Shown: positions 8,686 to 19,900, counted from the stretch's first letter. The stretch: DNA of 32,000 bases from Aciduliprofundum boonei T469 (GCF_000025665.1 NC_013926.1:1410001-1442000), one strand, 5' to 3'. Notes: generated by a model from the sequence alone, not told the origin. Program-made: numbers and translations.

Positions 8686-9087
8686 ATGATGAAAGTTGCT
8701 ATTGCAAGTGGTAAGAGGAAGACCGCCATCGCCCGTGCGGTGGTTAAAGAGGGAAAAGGTAGGATTCGCATTAATCATGTTCCTTTAGAAATATATCAGC
8801 CAGAATTGGCCCGATTAACTGTTATGGAGCCCCTTGCTCTAATTGGTGAGAAGGCAAACAAAGTAGATGTGGAGGTTAAAGTTAAAGGAGGAGGAGTAAT
8901 GGGTCAAGCTGAGGCATCCCGCACTGCTGTTGCAAGGGCTTTGATGAAATACTTCAATGACCCAGAGGTTGAAAAGATTTACAAGAGTTATGATAGAACC
9001 CTGTTGGTTAATGATGTGCGCCGCAAATTACCCAAGTTGCCTTTAGGTCGCGGTGCAAGAAAGAGAAGGCAGAAATCTTACAGGTGA
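8686..9087 (+). CDS. rps9: 30S ribosomal protein S9
   Basis: ...GKRKTAIARAVVKEGKGRIRINHVPLE...GGGVMGQAEASRTAVARAL...GARKRRQKSYR is a canonical S9 including the C-terminal KSYR. Confidence 0.93.
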   Translation: MMKVAIASGKRKTAIARAVVKEGKGRIRINHVPLEIYQPELARLTVMEPLALIGEKANKVDVEVKVKGGGVMGQAEASRTAVARALMKYFNDPEVEKIYKSYDRTLLVNDVRRKLPKLPLGRGARKRRQKSYR

Positions 9088-9314
9088 TCAAATTGATAAT
9101 CCCTGTAAGGTGCTTCTCCTGCGGTCGTGTAATCGCTTCCGACTATATTGCCTTCGTGAACAAGGTGAATTTGATAAGAGAAACCGAGAATAGAGAGCCT
9201 ACACCAGAGGAGATACAAAGAATATTCGATGAGATTGGTGTGAAGAGATACTGCTGCCGCAGAATGATTCTGAGCCATGTTAATCTAATAGACGATACCA
9301 TGGCTTTTGACTGA
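9084..9314 (+). CDS. rpoN: DNA-directed RNA polymerase subunit N (Rpb10 homologue)
   Basis: IIPVRCFSCGRVI...KRYCCRRMILSHVNLID is the RpoN zinc-bundle signature. The track start is GTG 9084, overlapping the rps9 stop as GTGA. TTG 9093 would give the canonical N-terminus MIIPVRCFSCG and may be the real start. Confidence 0.9.
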   Translation: MIKLIIPVRCFSCGRVIASDYIAFVNKVNLIRETENREPTPEEIQRIFDEIGVKRYCCRRMILSHVNLIDDTMAFD

Positions 9315-9329
9315 GGATGCCGAAAGCAT

Positions 9330-9402
9330 GGGGCCGTAGGGTAGCTTGGCATCCTACCACCCTGGGGCGGTGGCGACCCGAGTTCAAATCTCGGCGGCCC
9401 CA
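9330..9402 (+). tRNA. tRNA-Pro (anticodon GGG at 9364-9366), no encoded CCA
   Basis: Hand-folded cloverleaf. The acceptor GGGGCCG (9330-9336) pairs with CGGCCCC (9395-9401), with discriminator A. The anticodon stem is CCACC/GGTGG with loop CTGGGGC. The T arm is CCGAG-TTCAAAT-CTCGG. It starts 15 nt after the rpoN stop. Confidence 0.9.
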
Positions 9403-9472
9403 CTAAGCCCCTTTCTTAGAGCCCTTTTCTTAACAAGAAAAGTGCTTCATCCCAAAAGAAAATTTTTAAAAT

Positions 9473-9510
9473 GGTTGCAGGAGGTAAAGGAACTCGGTTG
9501 AGGTTCCTAT
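9473..9510 (+). repeat. conserved tRNA-downstream motif, copy 1: GGTTGCAGGAGGTAAAGGAAC-loop-GTTCCTA
   Basis: The 17-mer CAGGAGGTAAAGGAACT (9478-9494) is identical to the reverse complement of 30702-30718. The hairpin arms AGGAAC (9488-9493) / GTTCCT (9503-9508) are conserved while the 9-nt loop differs. It lies 76 nt downstream of tRNA-Pro. Function is unknown. Confidence 0.6.
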
Positions 9511-9587
9511 ATTTCATCTTTCTACAGAATTGCAACTTACCATTTTAAGGGAAAGGGTTTAATATCAAAATTCAATAGCAACGATAA

Positions 9588-12074
9588 ATGGCTACTCCTC
9601 TCATGAGGCAATATCATAGAATAAAGGCGAAGTACAAAGATACAATATTATTTTTTCGTGTGGGAGATTTCTACGAAACATTTGAAGATGATGCAAAACT
9701 AGTTTCAAAAGAATTGAACATAGTGCTAACGAGGAGAAGCAAGGATGAGCCTGTGCCTATGGCTGGTATACCATATCATGCTCTTGATGCATATTTGTCT
9801 CGTCTAGTTAAAAAGGGCTACAAGGTTGCAATATGTGAGCAACTGGAAGATCCAGCAAAGGCGAGAGGACTGGTTAGGAGAGATGTAGTGCGGGTAGTCA
9901 CTCCTGGTACATTGATTGAAGATACTTTGCTAACGGAGGATAACAATTTTCTTTTTTCAATTTATAAGCATAAGGAGATTTATGGATTTGCTGCATTAGA
10001 CATCTCCACAGGAGAGTTCTTTGCTGGAGAGTTAGATTTTTATGGATTAAATGCAGAAATTCTGCGTCTTCAACCCTCCGAAATACTATCCAATTCGAAA
10101 TTAAATTTGGATTTTCAAATTAAAATATTGGCAGAAGAATATTACAATGATTATGAGAAAATCTTAAAAGAGCATTTTAAAGTGGCTGAATTAAGTGGTT
10201 TCGGAATAGGAGAATATGGTCTGAGGGCTGCAGCATCTGCTCTGAAATATGCCAAAGAGAATACGATGAACGATTTAAAAAATATAACATCTCTACAGGG
10301 TTATTTTAAAGATAAATATCTTATTTTAGATTCCACAACTCTTAAAAATTTAGAAATTTTTCATAATGTACTGGGAGAGGATAAATACACTCTTTATCAC
10401 ACAATGAATAAATGTGAAACACCCATGGGTGCAAGATTACTAAAAAGATGGATGCAAAGACCATTGAAAGATATAGATGAAATAAACGATAGATTGGATG
10501 CCGTAGAAGAGCTCGCCAATAAGCAGCTTCTTCAAGATTCCATTCGTACAATCCTATCAAGAATTAAAGATATTGAAAGAATAAAAACTAGAGTATCTTT
10601 GGGTAGAGCAGCCCCCAGAGATCTAATCTCTTTGAAAGAGAGTTTAAAACAAGCCGATAAATTAAGGATTAATTTCGAATCCAAAATCCTAAAAAATTCA
10701 GCCTCAAAAATTTATGGTATAGAGGGCATAATTGAATTAATTGAAAATGCAATAAATGGGGACTATCCTGTGGGTGAAGGAGTAATAAAAGAGGGGTATA
10801 ACGAAGAATTGGATGAGATAAAGCGTATTGCTTCAAATGCAAAATTGTTGATTGGAAAGATGGAAGAGAGAGAAAGAAGGAACACAGGAATAAAAAATTT
10901 GAAAATAGGATACAATGATGTTATGGGTTATTACATAGAAGTTAGCAAATCAAATCTCTCCAAAGTACCTAAGCATTACAGAAGAAAGCAAACTTTAAAA
11001 AATTCGGAGAGATTCGTTACCGACGAGCTTAAAGAATTAGAGTACAAAATTTTAAGTGCAAAGGATAGGATTTACGAAATTGAAAACAAAATTTACAGGG
11101 ATATTCTAAAGAAGCTTGGAGAGATGATAGATGTAATAGAGAGAACTGCTAAGAGTATAGCCATAATTGATGTCATTTCCTCCCTTGCAAGAGTTGCACT
11201 TGAGATGAACTACACAAGGCCTGAAGTGGATGAAAGTATGGACATAGAAATCAGAAATGGTAGGCACCCGGTAGTAGAATTGTACACGGATTTTGTTCCC
11301 AACGATACCCATATTAACTCAGATGCTAGGTTTATAATCCTTACAGGACCAAATATGGCAGGCAAGAGTACATATATGAGACAAGTGGCCTTGATAGTGA
11401 TATTAGCTCAAATGGGCTCATTTGTACCGGCAGATTATGCCAAAATAGGAATTGTTGATCGCATATATACCCGTGTAGGTGCTAGCGATGATATTACCCG
11501 AGGAAGATCAACATTTATGATGGAAATGGTTGAACTTGCAAACATCCTCAATACAGCCACAGAGAGATCCCTAATACTTCTTGATGAGATTGGGAGAGGA
11601 ACAAGCACCTACGATGGTTTAGCCATCGCTTGGAGCATAACGGAGCATATTCATAATTCCATAAGAGCTAGAACTATTTTTGCCACTCATTATCACCATC
11701 TTATAGACCTGGAGAATGTTTTAGACAATGTGAGAAACTATCATATTGCTGTAAAAGAAACTCAAGATGGTTTAATTTTTGTAAGGAAAGTTATGCCCGG
11801 TGGGATGAGCAAGAGCTATGGAATTGAAGTTGCAAAGCTTGCAGGAGTTCCAGAAAAGGTTGTTAAAAGGGCAAAGGAAATATTGAATCTGATAGAAGAG
11901 GAAAAAGTAATAGAGGTTAGAAGAGGAAAGAAGATAATTCAAACGATGCTATTTGGGGAGGAGAATTGTTCTGATATTCTGGATGAAATAAAAAGAATGG
12001 ACATAATGAATCTCACTCCCTTGGAGGCACTTAATAAACTAAATGAGTTAAAAAGAAAAATCGAGAATAGGTAA
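9588..12074 (+). CDS. mutS: DNA mismatch repair protein MutS (bacterial MutS1 type)
   Basis: 828 aa. The N-terminus TPLMRQYHRIKAKYKDTILFFRVGDFYETFEDDA carries the Phe-x-Glu mismatch-binding motif. Walker A is GPNMAGKSTYMRQ; STFMMEM and DEIGRGTSTYDG are also present. TATA-like TTTAATAT (9558-9565) is centred ~26 nt upstream of the ATG, so the mRNA is probably leaderless. Confidence 0.93.
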   Translation: MATPLMRQYHRIKAKYKDTILFFRVGDFYETFEDDAKLVSKELNIVLTRRSKDEPVPMAGIPYHALDAYLSRLVKKGYKVAICEQLEDPAKARGLVRRDVVRVVTPGTLIEDTLLTEDNNFLFSIYKHKEIYGFAALDISTGEFFAGELDFYGLNAEILRLQPSEILSNSKLNLDFQIKILAEEYYNDYEKILKEHFKVAELSGFGIGEYGLRAAASALKYAKENTMNDLKNITSLQGYFKDKYLILDSTTLKNLEIFHNVLGEDKYTLYHTMNKCETPMGARLLKRWMQRPLKDIDEINDRLDAVEELANKQLLQDSIRTILSRIKDIERIKTRVSLGRAAPRDLISLKESLKQADKLRINFESKILKNSASKIYGIEGIIELIENAINGDYPVGEGVIKEGYNEELDEIKRIASNAKLLIGKMEERERRNTGIKNLKIGYNDVMGYYIEVSKSNLSKVPKHYRRKQTLKNSERFVTDELKELEYKILSAKDRIYEIENKIYRDILKKLGEMIDVIERTAKSIAIIDVISSLARVALEMNYTRPEVDESMDIEIRNGRHPVVELYTDFVPNDTHINSDARFIILTGPNMAGKSTYMRQVALIVILAQMGSFVPADYAKIGIVDRIYTRVGASDDITRGRSTFMMEMVELANILNTATERSLILLDEIGRGTSTYDGLAIAWSITEHIHNSIRARTIFATHYHHLIDLENVLDNVRNYHIAVKETQDGLIFVRKVMPGGMSKSYGIEVAKLAGVPEKVVKRAKEILNLIEEEKVIEVRRGKKIIQTMLFGEENCSDILDEIKRMDIMNLTPLEALNKLNELKRKIENR

Positions 12075-12132
12075 AAAGTTTCATATATAACATACTCATA
12101 GGGGCAATTATCCAATGCTCATGAAGTAGAGC

Positions 12133-12148
12133 GAAAGGGATATATATT
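12133..12148 (+). promoter_or_regulatory. candidate 16S rRNA promoter (purine-rich BRE GAAAGGG + TATATATT)
   Basis: cgaaagggaTATATATTgg is followed ~25 nt later by the first leader hairpin (12172). A second TATA-like ATATATAA occurs at 12083-12090. No transcript data are available. Confidence 0.35.
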
Positions 12149-12171
12149 GGTTGCTCATTAAGGGCTTTGCA

Positions 12172-12317
12172 GTACAGCCAAAAGGCGCCAGATGCGATAA
12201 AATGAGCCTCTGGGTTCCATGGCTGTACATAATTGTGGGGATTTGAGAAAAACTTCCCCTATGGGATGGAGCTCTCAAATCCGACGCTCGATAGGTGTGC
12301 AGACTGCGGTCTGTCGC
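12172..12317 (+). other. pre-16S 5' leader: two stem-loops plus the 5' strand of the processing stem
   Basis: Hairpin A pairs 12172-12180 with 12220-12228 (GTACAGCCA/TGGCTGTAC) and has an inner CCAGA/TCTGG stem. Hairpin B pairs 12239-12248 with 12273-12282 (GGATTTGAGA/TCTCAAATCC). Positions 12283-12317 pair with 13830-13864 across the whole 16S gene. Confidence 0.65.
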
Positions 12318-12345
12318 CGATACTCTCCAAGTGTTAGGCGGATCA

Positions 12346-13823
<1,478 letters not shown>

Positions 13824-13829
13824 AAGTTT

Positions 13830-13864
13830 GCGACAGACCGCAGGCACATTATCTATCGAGCGTC
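13830..13864 (+). other. 3' strand of the 16S processing stem (bulge-helix-bulge-like)
   Basis: Hand pairing gives a 14-bp helix (12304-12317 with 13830-13843), then a 3-nt bulge AGA (12301-12303) on the 5' strand. A 5-bp helix follows (12296-12300 with 13844-13848), then a bulge of about 4 nt (13849-13852) on the 3' strand. The last helix is 12 bp (12283-12294 with 13853-13864). Confidence 0.65.
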
Positions 13865-13906
13865 TCACTCCGCAAAATTATTAAAACATCCCTTCTTTTC
13901 TCTATT

Positions 13907-15001
13907 ATGGCACACAAACTGAAAACTGCAGCTAAGATTTATTCTGCCCTTTTGACGATAGCTAAAATTGCAGTTATTATTCTCATAATTCTAGCCCTAT
14001 ACTCATTTCTAGTTGAGGATGTTCAAGTCGTTAATGTTGGCAAGCCATTTTTTGAATTTGAAGGTTCAAAATTGATAATAAATGTTCCTGTGACCATTAA
14101 AAATTATGGATTCTACAATATAAGTGATATATCTGTCCACTATGAGATAAGAAACAAGACAACAGAGCTCATAACTGGAGAAGATTTAATTGGAAATATA
14201 TCTACAAATAGCATTGATACATTCGATGTACCCATAGCCATTAACTTTCAAGAGTTATACAAAAAAGAGTATCCAAACTTATATCATTTCTATAACAAGG
14301 ATATTTTAGATGCAAATATAACGATATCTTTAGGGTACATGCTAAATCTTGTTAATATATCTATAAATTTAAATCACACATTCCAGTGGACCCCGCCTAT
14401 AGAAAGTGCATCAATTTATCCTCCAAACAATGTTAAAATGAGTTCCAACAATCTTTCATTTGATATACCTTATCACATAAAAACAGCAAGCTATCTAACA
14501 GGGAATGCTAAGATAGACGGAAAAATAGAGAATAACGGAAAAACTTACGGTAGCTTTACAAGTAATATACCTTTGGGAGAGGATTACAAAGGTAACATCA
14601 AAATGGAGGTTAACTCAGAGGATTCTCGATATATGCTCACTCACTCCATTCCGCTCCAAATGATTGGAAACATAACAATATTTGGTTTTAAAGTTCCATT
14701 CAGATATAGTTATCATTGGGGCGCACCATTAGAGAATTTAACCTATAAGATCTTAGAAAATCGCACAATTTACTATTCTTTTACAAACGCTGCCAATTAC
14801 TCACTATCCTTGGATATTGACAAAATATATTACTATCACAACACAGAGGTTAAGAAGGAATACACATACATGTATGTGGCTCCTGGAGAGCATGTTGAAA
14901 AATATGAGAAAATCACAGTTACACAGCCAGTCGATAAAATAGAGATAATCTTCTACGATGAAAACACAGGAATATCTTACAAAGAGGTGATAAACTTATG
15001 A
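13907..15001 (+). CDS. hypothetical type II membrane/secreted protein, sequon-rich beta-rich ectodomain
   Basis: 364 aa with an N-terminal TM (IYSALLTIAKIAVIILIILALYSFL) followed by a beta-rich ectodomain with many N-x-S/T. The first domain (VQVVNVGKPFFEFEGSKLIINVPVTIKNYGFYNISDISVHYEI) loosely resembles LEA_2/NDR1-type beta-sandwiches; that call is weak. TATA-like AAAATTATTAAAA (13874-13886) is ~27 nt upstream of the ATG. Confidence 0.65.
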   Translation: MAHKLKTAAKIYSALLTIAKIAVIILIILALYSFLVEDVQVVNVGKPFFEFEGSKLIINVPVTIKNYGFYNISDISVHYEIRNKTTELITGEDLIGNISTNSIDTFDVPIAINFQELYKKEYPNLYHFYNKDILDANITISLGYMLNLVNISINLNHTFQWTPPIESASIYPPNNVKMSSNNLSFDIPYHIKTASYLTGNAKIDGKIENNGKTYGSFTSNIPLGEDYKGNIKMEVNSEDSRYMLTHSIPLQMIGNITIFGFKVPFRYSYHWGAPLENLTYKILENRTIYYSFTNAANYSLSLDIDKIYYYHNTEVKKEYTYMYVAPGEHVEKYEKITVTQPVDKIEIIFYDENTGISYKEVINL

Positions 15002-15444
15002 AGCTCAAACCAATTTTAAATGCAACTGGAAGGTTCTTTCTTATCATTCTCCTTCCAATACTCTTTGTGAAGTATTTTAATGAGTATTTCTCATACTTAG
15101 GCGTTAGTTTGAGAGAGTATGGCATTCCAATAATAATAACTGGACTCATATATATCTCTTTTAGATTTTTAGAAGAATACTACGAGAATCCAAAGTACAA
15201 AATGATTTTTGGGGGAATTGCCTTAGGAATGATAATCTTCTGGACTTATTATCTCCTCAACAGAGGAGTTTTCTCAGTTAATGTTGAAGGTATCAGAGTA
15301 ACCATATACTACTACCCATTACTCGTCATTCTCATCATATTTATGCTCCTTCGCTACCCTGAAATTTTTATGAAGTACTATTCAGAACTACAAAAGTACG
15401 ACCGGAAGAAAAAACAACAGAGTTCTGCTCCAGAATCCTTGTAA
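14998..15444 (+). CDS. hypothetical small membrane protein (about 4 TM)
   Basis: 148 aa with hydrophobic segments and a basic C-terminal tail. Its start overlaps the stop of the upstream gene (ATGA), suggesting co-translation. The last 77 nt overlap the convergent 15368..16924 CDS. Confidence 0.55.
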   Translation: MKLKPILNATGRFFLIILLPILFVKYFNEYFSYLGVSLREYGIPIIITGLIYISFRFLEEYYENPKYKMIFGGIALGMIIFWTYYLLNRGVFSVNVEGIRVTIYYYPLLVILIIFMLLRYPEIFMKYYSELQKYDRKKKQQSSAPESL

Positions 15445-16924
15445 CATTTACTTTAATTGGAGCCATAGGACACATTTGAGCACCTTTGCTCCAATAAGAT
15501 CCAATTAGCCAGATATTACTGCTGGGAGTTAAATCATTTTTCAATAGATATGGCAAATTTCTGGATGCATTTATATCAAATTCGTTTTTTGCTACAAGTC
15601 CCAATTTATCATCTGTTGCTATGCTCCTATTTGAAAAGTGCTCTTTTATCCATTTTGCTCCATGAAGCTCGTCAGGATAAATAAAATATGAAACACCAAA
15701 GGCTTCCGAGGTATGATACGCTATAGGTGTGGTAGATGCGAGAACAATAAACACTATGGAAAAAACAACAGTATATTTTTTGAATTTAAATGTTCCAACA
15801 GCCAAGGATGTATGTGTTGCAGGATCTAGAAAATCATAGGTTCTACTCACTGTATTATATGTCCCCGGATCAAAGCCATGGAGGATGAAAAACAAGATCA
15901 TCTGAAGAGGGACAAGAAGAATCGCTAAAAATGCCTTTCTTTCCTTATAACTCGTAGTACTCAAAATATACAATCCTACGGCGATTAGAGAGATAAGCAC
16001 TACATATCCTATGGTATATTCAAAAGTTGTTTGATTGAATAGCATTGTATGTGAGAATATTGGAAAGGAAAAATAAAAGATATAAAATGCGAAAGGTATA
16101 GAAAATATAACGGCGATATACCATATTTTTATTTTCTTATAAGTAATATTCATAACTTTTATCCCGGCGAGTAAAAACAAGAAAAATAAGGATAAAAATA
16201 ACCAGAGTGATGAGGATGGAGATAACTGATTCAGTCTATCAAAATGTCTAAATGAATAATAAAGTGTCATATAGGCCCATAAAATAGATATGGCAGAAAG
16301 CCATAAATAATCCTCTTTGCTCATTTCCAAGTGTTCTTTGTACTTTTCATATAAGTTCAATAACTCCGTTAGGGTTATAATCATATATGTAAGAAGTGCC
16401 ACATAATGATGAGTTAGAGGAAGAATGAACAATAGGAATATGCTAATTGCATTTTTCTTTCGATAAGCGTATATGGCAAATGGCATAAGCACAAATCCAA
16501 CAGCTTCCTTCCATACAAGAGCTGTTTGGAGAACATAGGTACCACTAATAGCAAAAAATGAGGCTGTTGCAATTGCAATATCTTCTCTTTTGGTGAATTT
16601 TTTAGCAACCATATACCATCCAATTACAGATATTGATGTTATAAAGGGAAACAAAAACGGTAGAAAATGCATAACATTAATTCCTGTGAGCTGAGAAATT
16701 GCAGCAGATAAAGCATTAAATAATGGTGTTACAGGCGTATGATGATTATTGTATGTTACTCCAAATGGAAATTTTAAATTGCCATGATCTGCTATAAACT
16801 GTGAAGCCCTGGAATCTGTTAAAGCATCAACATTGTATGGGATAGATGTTATAAAGGCCGGATATATCCTTATTACAACGGACAATGCATAAAGTGTAAT
16901 CAAAGCCACCCATTTCCCTTTCAT
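15368..16924 (-). CDS. polytopic membrane protein with GT-C-like (ArnT/PMT-type glycosyltransferase) layout
   Basis: 518 aa with more than 10 predicted TM segments and Asp residues in the first extracytoplasmic loop (IPYNVDALTDSRAS). A ~110-aa C-terminal soluble domain follows. No AglB WWDYG motif was seen. Its start overlaps the stop of the 1411-aa permease gene by 4 nt. The family call is by architecture only. Confidence 0.6.
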   Translation of the reverse strand: MKGKWVALITLYALSVVIRIYPAFITSIPYNVDALTDSRASQFIADHGNLKFPFGVTYNNHHTPVTPLFNALSAAISQLTGINVMHFLPFLFPFITSISVIGWYMVAKKFTKREDIAIATASFFAISGTYVLQTALVWKEAVGFVLMPFAIYAYRKKNAISIFLLFILPLTHHYVALLTYMIITLTELLNLYEKYKEHLEMSKEDYLWLSAISILWAYMTLYYSFRHFDRLNQLSPSSSLWLFLSLFFLFLLAGIKVMNITYKKIKIWYIAVIFSIPFAFYIFYFSFPIFSHTMLFNQTTFEYTIGYVVLISLIAVGLYILSTTSYKERKAFLAILLVPLQMILFFILHGFDPGTYNTVSRTYDFLDPATHTSLAVGTFKFKKYTVVFSIVFIVLASTTPIAYHTSEAFGVSYFIYPDELHGAKWIKEHFSNRSIATDDKLGLVAKNEFDINASRNLPYLLKNDLTPSSNIWLIGSYWSKGAQMCPMAPIKVNVTRILEQNSVVFSSGRTFVVLNSTS

Positions 16925-19900
16925 TTCAAAACCTCCTCCAATGTTGAAATTTTTTCTGAGCGTTCACTTCCCATCAGATAAATAATTTTAGAATGGAATA
17001 TATTTCTAAAGATTAAAAATGTTGAGAATAATAGAAATCCAATACCAACCAAAATACTATCTATTACCATATCCATATTAACTATGACTATTAGTGTGTG
17101 TCCAAAAGCCCTCATCAAATTGAAATGCTGTATTGCCAAAACCGAAATAAATCCAAAGAATATACCTCCAAGTATGGCAGGTGTCAAGTATATTAAAATC
17201 TCTTTTGATGCTATCTCCAGAATCTGTCTATTACTAGCGCCTATCATTCTCAGGATGGCAATAGTATCATTTTTGATACCTTTAAGCAAAGAGGAATATA
17301 AGCCAAGGGAAACTAGTATTATCGCTATAGTAAGGAGAGCATATATTATCAAGAGAAAATTTCCCTCCGAAAGTTGAAATCCTTTATATATAACCTCTTT
17401 TCCACCGGTTACTTTTAAATTTTTATCGTACTTCAAAAGTAAATCCATCGGTAATTTCTCAACTGGTATCTTTGTAACTTTGAGAGTCATAGTTATATTG
17501 TTTACCTTTATTGTATGTGAGCCCTCTTTCATATATGGTAACTGTATTGTAAAACTCTTTGTTTCATAGGAGTTAAGATATGTGTTTATTGTGGTATATA
17601 AATTTCCATCTATGTAAATCCTTACTGTGCAGTTCCCTTCATTCACTCTATTCTTTATTATTATATTTAATATTCCTCTCTGATTCTCCGTTATATTTGA
17701 TTTATAAAGACTTGCATTAATCTCATACTCTGCAATCCCAACAACTTCTATTTCGGCGCTCATATTTGCTATGTTTCCATTAATATCTTCGGCGTAAATA
17801 GTAACATTATGAAGGCCAGGAGAGAAGTAATATATTGAAAGATTTAGAATACCTCCACTCTCACCATATATCATCTTGCCATTCTCTTCGCACCAGATTT
17901 TTTCTGTTTTCACATTATCATACGCCTTGAATATAACAGTATTATTCCTGCTTAAAACATTATAGGTATTTCCGACTATAATTGGTGGATTTTTTTCACC
18001 TGTATTATTTATGATCAATATGATTTCTGAACTATTAACATTGCCTGAAAGGTCTTCTACTCTCACAAATCCCTCATAAGTTCCCTGTGGCACAAAACTT
18101 ATATTATTACCATTTCTAAACATCGTCGGAATTTTAATTCTATCGCCTATATTCTCAAATTTCTTTCCAAAAATTTCAAGGGTGGCGTTATAAACTCCAA
18201 CATTGTCAGATAAAAATACGCTGGTCGTATTTCCTCCCCAAATTTTAAGAGTTTTATTCAGTATTCTTGGAGGAATATTATCCTTGACCAATAAATTATA
18301 TTGTACTGATGCAGTATTTCCATTAACATCCATTGCAAATATTTTTGCATTTATGATTCCATACCCCAATGTATCGGCCCTGCAAGTTATATTATTTCCA
18401 TTTACAATAATTACAGGAAGATTATCAACCTCAATCCACATAGTGGCAACTTTTACATTATCATATGCTTTAAAAGTCAAAATATCTGAGGCATTACATT
18501 TTGTTGCATTTGGTAAAAATATTACCGGAGGTATATTCTCATGGGCATTATTAATCTCAATATGTACAATTTTAGATATACCATTATCAAAAATATCTTG
18601 AGCACCTATTTTTAAGATATAACTCCCTGGAGGAACATATTCCACGGTATTGTTTTTTCCATCAATATACTCTGTAGGTATAACAACCTTACTCGTACCA
18701 TTAAACCATTTTCCAAAAGCGTAAACTGATAATTTTTTCATATAAACATTATCCTCTGCCTGGACTATTATAGATTCACCACTGAAAATCGAGGAGGGTA
18801 CTGGAAGAATCGTTGGAGGCTCTTTATCCGTATAGTTCTTTAATATCTTTCCTTTCAGTTCCATAGAGTTGTTATTCACATCCATAGCAACAACGGTTAA
18901 GTTATAAAGACCATCATTGATTTCAGAATAGTTAAGAGATAATGTCACATTATTATCACCATAGCAAGACACATTCTTTATGATACTATCATTCTCATAA
19001 AAGACCACATATCTCAAGCCAACATTATCATAAATTCTAAATGTGAATGATTTGGTTGGAGAACCAAAAATTAAAATCCTTGGTCCTAAAATGATTGGTG
19101 GCATTTTTTCATTTGTATTATTTATATCCACATAGAAAGCTGTCTCATTTACATTTCCAGATGAATCAATAGCTATAATCTCTCCCTGATAAATGCCAGG
19201 AGGCATAAAATAAATGTCTGTACCATTTCTAAACATAGTTGGAATAGTTACACTTAAGCTCTTCACATCAGGATTATCAGAAGAAGCATTAAAATACTTT
19301 TGAAAAATGTACACAGTGAGATTCTTCATTTCTAAATTATCAGAAGCGATTATCGTAAAACTCTGCCCACTCCATATTTTGATTGTGGATGAGTTCTCAT
19401 CCCTCGATAATTCATCCTTGAATCTAGAAGCTCTATTTCCAATTATAATTTCTGGTTTTATTACGTCAGAGGAATACAATACCTTAGGTTTTATTATTTT
19501 ATGGGCTGAAAAATTCATAATGTTCTTCGCGTAAATTTCAACTTCAAAATTTTTGTATTTTACATTTACAGTTATATTATATGTATAATTAAGTATTCCC
19601 TTTTCTAAATTCTGGTCTAAATATACATCATGCCTATGTCCATTAATATAAAATGTTATGTTCTTAAGAGGAATTTCACTCCATACATTTATTGTGAAAT
19701 TTCCGTTGTAATATACTCCAGATTCATTGCTTATATAGGAGGATATGTTAACAGAATAATTTTTGCATATGTATACAATATATGTTGCATTTCCCATGGT
19801 CCAATTTTCGACCACATAAATATCTATGCTATGCATTTCACCCAAATTTCCAAGCAGAGAGATCGTTGAATTTGAACTTCTTATCAACCCATTATCTATA

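Noticed and set aside
7882-9403. Minus-strand ORFs 7882..8244, 8120..8338, 8397..8582, 9078..9278 and 9143..9403
   Set aside because: They are antisense to highly conserved r-protein/rpoN genes and to tRNA-Pro. The + strand products are unambiguous.
9588-12074. mutS as part of a defence or mobile island
   Set aside because: It is a canonical MutS1 with a mismatch-binding motif. There are no nuclease/HNH fusions, no flanking mobility genes, and the composition looks like the surrounding genome.
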